64,000 nucleotides of DNA from an uncultured Pelagibacteraceae bacterium (GTDB taxonomy: Bacteria > Pseudomonadota > Alphaproteobacteria > Pelagibacterales > Pelagibacteraceae). The stretch lies in contig CACFJT010000005.1 of assembly GCA_902566705.1 (NCBI GenBank), positions 529 through 64,528 on the forward strand, read 5' to 3'. Both the position numbers and the translations under genes were made by a program. Below the pieces are notes generated by a model that worked only from the letters and a program-made list of their open reading frames with translations, searched no databases and was not told where the DNA came from. Positions 59,325 through 64,000 of this stretch are shown here, one piece after another (position 1 is the first letter of the stretch; each line of letters begins with the position of its first letter).

Positions 59325-60615
59325 GTAAATTAATTAATATTGCAGTAGTAGGACTTGGTCAGGTCGGTAATTATCTGTTAAACGAACTTAATAAGAAAAA
59401 GAAAGATATTGAGCTGAAAACAGGTAAGAGAATAAAAGTTGTCGCCGTTTCTGCCAAAAATATTAATAAAAAAAGAAAATTTAAAGTTAATAAAAAAATA
59501 TTTTACAAAAATCCTTTAGAAATTTTTAAGAAAAATAATGTTGATATATTATTTGAAGCTATAGGATTATCAGATGGTATTTCTAAAAAAGTTGTAGAAA
59601 CTGCTTTAAAAAGTAAAATCCATGTTATTACACCCAATAAAGCTCTAATCTCAAAACATGGCAATGAGTTAGCAAAACTTGCAGAAAAAAATAAAGTTAA
59701 TTTGGAATTCGAAGCATCGGTTGCTGGTGGTATTCCAATATTAAGATCTATTAAAGAGGGATTGGCAACAAACAAAATATCAAAAGTTTATGGAATTTTT
59801 AATGGTACATCAAACTACATATTATCTGAAATGGAAAATTCAGATCAAAATTTTGCAGATGTTTTAAAAAAAAAGCACAGATACTTGGTTATGCCGAACC
59901 TGGTAATCCAAAGTTAGATTTAAATGGTTTTGATGCATTTGCTAAAGTAAGAATTTTATCTGCATTAGCCTTTAATAGTAAAATTTCTAAAAATAAATGT
60001 TTAATGGAAGGAATAGAAAAAATTGAATTAAAAGATATTAAAATTGCAAATCAATTAGATTTAAGAATTAAGTTACTGGGAATTTCTGAGTTAAAGAATA
60101 ATCATCTTTTTGAAACCGTGCATCCATGTTTAGTTAGTAAAAAATCTTATATTGGTAATGTTAACGGTGTAATGAATGCAGTTATTCTTCAAGGTAAACC
60201 AGTTGGAGAAAGTGTATTACAAGGTGAGGGGGCTGGACCAGGTCCTACTTCTTCGTCTTTACTTTCTGATCTACTTTCAATTTTGCGTGGAAATATAAAA
60301 AAACCTTTTGGTGTTAGTGTTTCTAAGCTTAAATCTTTAAAACCATATAATGTAAATAATTATGTTAATTCTTTATATTTAAGGTTCGAAGTAAAAGATA
60401 AGCCTGGTGTATTATCGGAGTTAACTAATCGTTTAGCTAAATACAAAATTTCAATTAAAAGGCTAATACAGACACCTGATAAAAAAAACAATAAAGCAAC
60501 AATTGTTATTATTACGCATAGAACAACTGATATTAATATTCACAATTGTTTGTATATTTTCAAAAAAAATAAAAATATTTTAAAAACTCCAACATTAATT
60601 AGATTGCTTAGTTAA
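59321..60615 (+). CDS. hom: Homoserine dehydrogenase, split by a frameshift in an A9 run (59866-59874)
   Basis: GLGQVG, FEASVAGGIP, NGTSNYIL; after the shift AQILGYAEPGNP..D..G.D, GAGPGPT and ACT domain DKPGVL. Confidence 0.9.
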
Positions 60616-61514
60616 TGGAAATTTATTTAAAACTTTTTGAAGTTTTATTTCCAGTATTCCTAATAGTAGGACTTGGATATCATTTGGGTAAAAAAAATCC
60701 AGATTTTGATACATCATTTATAACTACATATGCTGGTAATTTTGGAACACCAGCTCTTGTTATTTTTGCTATTACGGCAGGTGGTGTTACTTATGATGTG
60801 TTTAAAGAGTATTTTGGTTATTCAATAATTCTATTAAGTCTGTTCGGTGTTGTTGGATTAATTTTTCTTATACTTATGAAAAAAGATTATATTCGAGAAT
60901 TACCTACTTTTATTTTACCAAATACTGGAAATATGGGTATTCCTATATGTTTATTTGCTTATGGCGAATTAGGAATGGGAATAGCTGCAGCAATTTCATC
61001 TCTAATTGTTTTACTTCATTTTACACTTAACATATTCTTAGCAAAGCGCTCTTTTGATTTTAAAATCATATTAAAAAGTCCTTCTTTTTATGCAATTTTA
61101 ATAACAGTTATTTTTTTATATTTTGAAATACCATTTCCTAAATTTGTATTAAATACTGTAATGCTCTTAGCTTACGGTATGATTGTCATGATCTTAATGT
61201 CTCTTGGAGTTGCTCTTACTCAAATGAAAGTATTTTCTTTCAAAGATGCAATAATAACATCTTTTGGAAGGGTAATACTTGGGCCAATTATTGGATTTGC
61301 TGTTATAAAATTTTTTAATTTATCTGGAATACCAGCCGGTGTATTGTTGATACAATCGTGTATGCCAAGTGCAATTTTATGTTATTTGGTTGCCCACATG
61401 TACTCTCCTAAAGAAATTGTGGATAATATTTCTAGCACAATTGTGGTATCAACAATCATGTCATTATTTACCATCCCAATAACATTATTCTTTGCTTTAA
61501 AATACTTCTATTAA
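60615..61514 (+). CDS. AEC (auxin efflux carrier-like) family transporter
   Basis: LFPVF, PNTGNMGIP, QSCMPSA; multiple TM. Confidence 0.85.
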   Translation: MEIYLKLFEVLFPVFLIVGLGYHLGKKNPDFDTSFITTYAGNFGTPALVIFAITAGGVTYDVFKEYFGYSIILLSLFGVVGLIFLILMKKDYIRELPTFILPNTGNMGIPICLFAYGELGMGIAAAISSLIVLLHFTLNIFLAKRSFDFKIILKSPSFYAILITVIFLYFEIPFPKFVLNTVMLLAYGMIVMILMSLGVALTQMKVFSFKDAIITSFGRVILGPIIGFAVIKFFNLSGIPAGVLLIQSCMPSAILCYLVAHMYSPKEIVDNISSTIVVSTIMSLFTIPITLFFALKYFY

Positions 61515-61530
61515 GAGATATCCTTCTTTC

Positions 61531-62382
61531 ATGAAGGCTATAATTTTAAATGCTACTGCTTGGATGATTGTTCCAGTCATGGATGCATTCGCTAAGTATT
61601 TAAGTTCTTCAATGGATGTTTTGCAGATAACGTGGGCAAGATATTTTTTTACTGTAGTCTTTACATTATCCCTGATGCTTATCTTTTATAGGCATTCATT
61701 AGTTTGGACAAAAAAACCAGCCCTTCAATTAATTAGAGGATTAATTTTTGTTTTTTCTACTTATTTATTCTTTTATGCAATATCGGAAATTTCACTTCCT
61801 AAAGCCTTAACCTTAGCTTTTGTTGCTCCAATTTGTGTTACAGCCTTATCTCCATTTTTTTTAAATGAGAAAGTAGGGGTGAAGAGGTGGACTGCTGTAT
61901 CATTAGGATTTATTGGAACTTTAATTGTAATCAGACCTGGCTTTATAGAACTTAATTTAGCCACCATGGCTGCTTTAGGTAATGGAATCTGCTATGGGTT
62001 TTATCTTATTATCACTAGGAAGCTCAGTACCTCTGACAATCCTCTTTTAACTCTTTTACTATCGGGTTTAATAGGAACCATTATAATTAGCCTATTTATG
62101 CCCTCAGTTTGGGTTAATCCTACATCAAATCAGTGGATTTTAATGGCTTTAATCGGCCTTATAGCCTCTGTAGCGCATCTTTTTCTCATATTATCACTTA
62201 AATACGCTGATGCTTCTAAATTAGCTCCTTTGGGCTATACAGAGATAATTACCAATATACTAATTAGTTATTATTTCTTTCATGAATTGCCAGATAACTG
62301 GACTTATTTAGGTTTATTTATCATTGTTCTCAGTGGTCTATATATTTCTAGAAGAGAATATTTGCTTACTCGTTCTAATTAA
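61531..62382 (+). CDS. DMT/EamA family transporter
   Basis: LNEKVG, LIVIRPG, ADASKLAP; about 10 TM. Confidence 0.88.
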   Translation: MKAIILNATAWMIVPVMDAFAKYLSSSMDVLQITWARYFFTVVFTLSLMLIFYRHSLVWTKKPALQLIRGLIFVFSTYLFFYAISEISLPKALTLAFVAPICVTALSPFFLNEKVGVKRWTAVSLGFIGTLIVIRPGFIELNLATMAALGNGICYGFYLIITRKLSTSDNPLLTLLLSGLIGTIIISLFMPSVWVNPTSNQWILMALIGLIASVAHLFLILSLKYADASKLAPLGYTEIITNILISYYFFHELPDNWTYLGLFIIVLSGLYISRREYLLTRSN

Positions 62383-62895
62383 TAGTAAACAAATAGTTAC
62401 TAATATATAATCTAATACTTTAATATAGACCGTTAAAACATTGTAATTATTATATTTTTTAAGATAATATATATAGACAAATTAATAAAAATTATGAAAT
62501 AAATTACTGTTATCTTAAATAATGAAAGACACAAATAGCAATATTTTTAAAGAAAATAAACTATAATACCTAAAAGTATTTAATACCAACGGTTTTATTA
62601 GCTAATTAAATAGAAAATTCAAAATTCTTATTATAATAAGTGTGTAGGGGAACAAAAATTTTTGAAAATTCTATAAAAATTGAAACTAAATTTAGCCTTG
62701 GTAACATTTAAAAGTAGAGCAATGCAGTTATAGAATATATGTTTTAAACGGCCATAGAGGCGCTTTATTTTGTAATATCTCGACATATAGTGCAACTGAA
62801 GGGTGAATATTACCATTTATGCTTAAATAAGCTTAAATATTGAAAAAACGTTGATTTTACTAGTCTTTTTGACCATAAAATAAGCAAAAAAACCT

Positions 62896-63165
62896 CTAAA
62901 TGTCAACTTTTTCAGATTTCAATAAACGCAGTTTTGTCTTAATTCCACCGCTACCTGAGTATCCACCAAGGCCTCCATCGGACCGAATTACTCTATGACA
63001 GGGTATTTTGGGGGCATAGGGGTTTTTTGCACATGCATTAGCTACAGCACGCGCTGATTTAGGGCTTTTTATAGCTATTGCTACTTGTTTATAGGTTTTA
63101 ACAGTGCCTTTTGGGATAGTTTTAAGGTAATTCCAGACTTTTAATTGAAATTTAGTACCTTTCAT
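62896..63165 (-). CDS. ogt: Methylated-DNA-protein-cysteine methyltransferase (minimal, C-terminal domain only)
   Basis: GTKFQLKVW, IPKG, ARAVANA, IPCHRV active site; start ATG 63165. Confidence 0.88.
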   Translation of the reverse strand: MKGTKFQLKVWNYLKTIPKGTVKTYKQVAIAIKSPKSARAVANACAKNPYAPKIPCHRVIRSDGGLGGYSGSGGIKTKLRLLKSEKVDI

Positions 63166-63386
63166 CAATAAAAATTCAAAATAATGAAGCAAACTACAAA
63201 AAAAACAGTTAAAATTGAAAGATAAATAGTTTCAAGAGTTTTTCCAGATTTTCTATAATTAATAAAACTTAATATTGCAAAACCAATAGAAGTTATTAAG
63301 AAATATATCGGTTCAATTACTCCGTCTATGCCCATTTGTAAATTATATTTTATCATTATTGAACTCGCAATATCATTAATTGTCAC
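63165..63386 (-). CDS. Small hypothetical 2-TM protein
   Basis: Two hydrophobic segments; stop overlaps the ogt start. Confidence 0.55.
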   Translation of the reverse strand: MTINDIASSIMIKYNLQMGIDGVIEPIYFLITSIGFAILSFINYRKSGKTLETIYLSILTVFFVVCFIILNFY

Positions 63387-63432
63387 TAAAAATGACTAAT
63401 TATTTTATTTGACATTAGAAAAATCTTGATAT

Positions 63433-63467
63433 ATTACTAATGATAATTAATTGTTATCAATAGTAAT
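63433..63467. other. loxP/dif-like inverted repeat (14-bp arms, 7-bp spacer)
   Basis: ATTACTAATGATAA-ttaattg-TTATCAATAGTAAT, one mismatch between arms, ending 3 nt before the recombinase ATG. Confidence 0.6.
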
Positions 63468-63470
63468 TAT

Positions 63471-64000
63471 ATGAGTGAGCTAACTACAGATCTAAAATCT
63501 CTTCATGAGGCAACATTAAATAACTTAAAAAGGTCTAAAGCAAATAACACTTTAAGAGCCTATAAGTCTGACTTTAGAGACTTTGGTGCATTTTGTGTAA
63601 AACATAATTTAAATTCATTACCAACAGAGCCTAAAATAGTTTCCTTATACTTAACCCATCTTTCTAAAAACTCAAAAATAAGTACTTTAAGACGAAGATT
63701 GGTATCAATAAGTATGGTACACAAGTTAAAAGGTTATTATTTAGATACTAAACATCCAATCATTGTTGAAAATTTAATAGGAATAAGAAGGGTTAAAGGT
63801 AGTGTTCAGATTGGTAAAAAACCTATATTAATCAATCATTTAAAACTAATTATTGATGTAATAAATAATAAAAAAATTGATGAAATAAAAAAGCTAAGAG
63901 ACAAATCATTAATTCTAATTGGTTTTGGAGGTGGCTTTAGAAGAACTGAGCTTATTTCAATAGATTATGAAGATTTAGAATTTGTTCCAGAGGGCCTAAA
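63471..64000 (+). CDS. Cre-like tyrosine recombinase, N-terminal part (runs off window end)
   Basis: Manual translation: MSELTTDLK...KANNTLRAYKSDFRDF...STLRRRLVSISMVH...RDKSLILIGFGGGFRRTEL (first catalytic Arg box). Confidence 0.9.
   Translation, partial: MSELTTDLKSLHEATLNNLKRSKANNTLRAYKSDFRDFGAFCVKHNLNSLPTEPKIVSLYLTHLSKNSKISTLRRRLVSISMVHKLKGYYLDTKHPIIVENLIGIRRVKGSVQIGKKPILINHLKLIIDVINNKKIDEIKKLRDKSLILIGFGGGFRRTELISIDYEDLEFVPEGL

Noticed and set aside
441-62816. Numerous short antisense ORFs in the track (for example 441-722, 2469-2720, 7015-7332, 14953-15258, 53299-53655, 62631-62816)
   Set aside because: Mostly opposite-strand shadows of well-supported genes; no recognisable motifs
62383-62895. 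Replication origin
   Set aside because: AT-rich but no DnaA-box cluster seen and no origin-associated genes nearby

Overview
Very AT-rich, gene-dense window with minimal intergenic spacing. Gene content, synteny and a SAM-II/SAM-V riboswitch pair point to a streamlined marine alphaproteobacterium of the SAR11 / Ca. Pelagibacter group (inferred, not searched). About 49 kb is core housekeeping: topA-plsY-pyrC-pyrB-ruvX, gatCAB, soxBDAG, tRNA-Ser, slt, dapA-smpB-folK-rsh-pyrE-pdxJ-acpS-lepB-rnc-recO, hemB, rpiB-glyA-nrdR-rib-nusB-thiL, hppA, plsX-ihfA, ctaA, metY, rplM-rpsI, argC, hom. Between a MATE transporter and soxG lies a ~15 kb accessory island (about 10.4-25.7 kb) of mostly exported or membrane proteins. 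It holds a thermonuclease, a pentameric ligand-gated ion channel with an extra N-terminal domain, a phage CII-like regulator, an exported trypsin-like protease with seven Ca-loop repeats, an exported caspase-family protease, lipoproteins, a TerB-like protein and a short/long pair of paralogous membrane proteins. The island ends in a tandem array of seven ~700-bp cassettes encoding paralogous secreted proteins with a conserved N-terminus and a highly variable body. Five cassettes carry a clear promoter-like motif (a sixth is degenerate), and one pair shows recent exchange of the 5' module. At the right edge a Cre-like tyrosine recombinase is immediately preceded by a loxP/dif-like inverted repeat. 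Two homopolymer frameshifts (MATE, hom) are probably sequencing errors.
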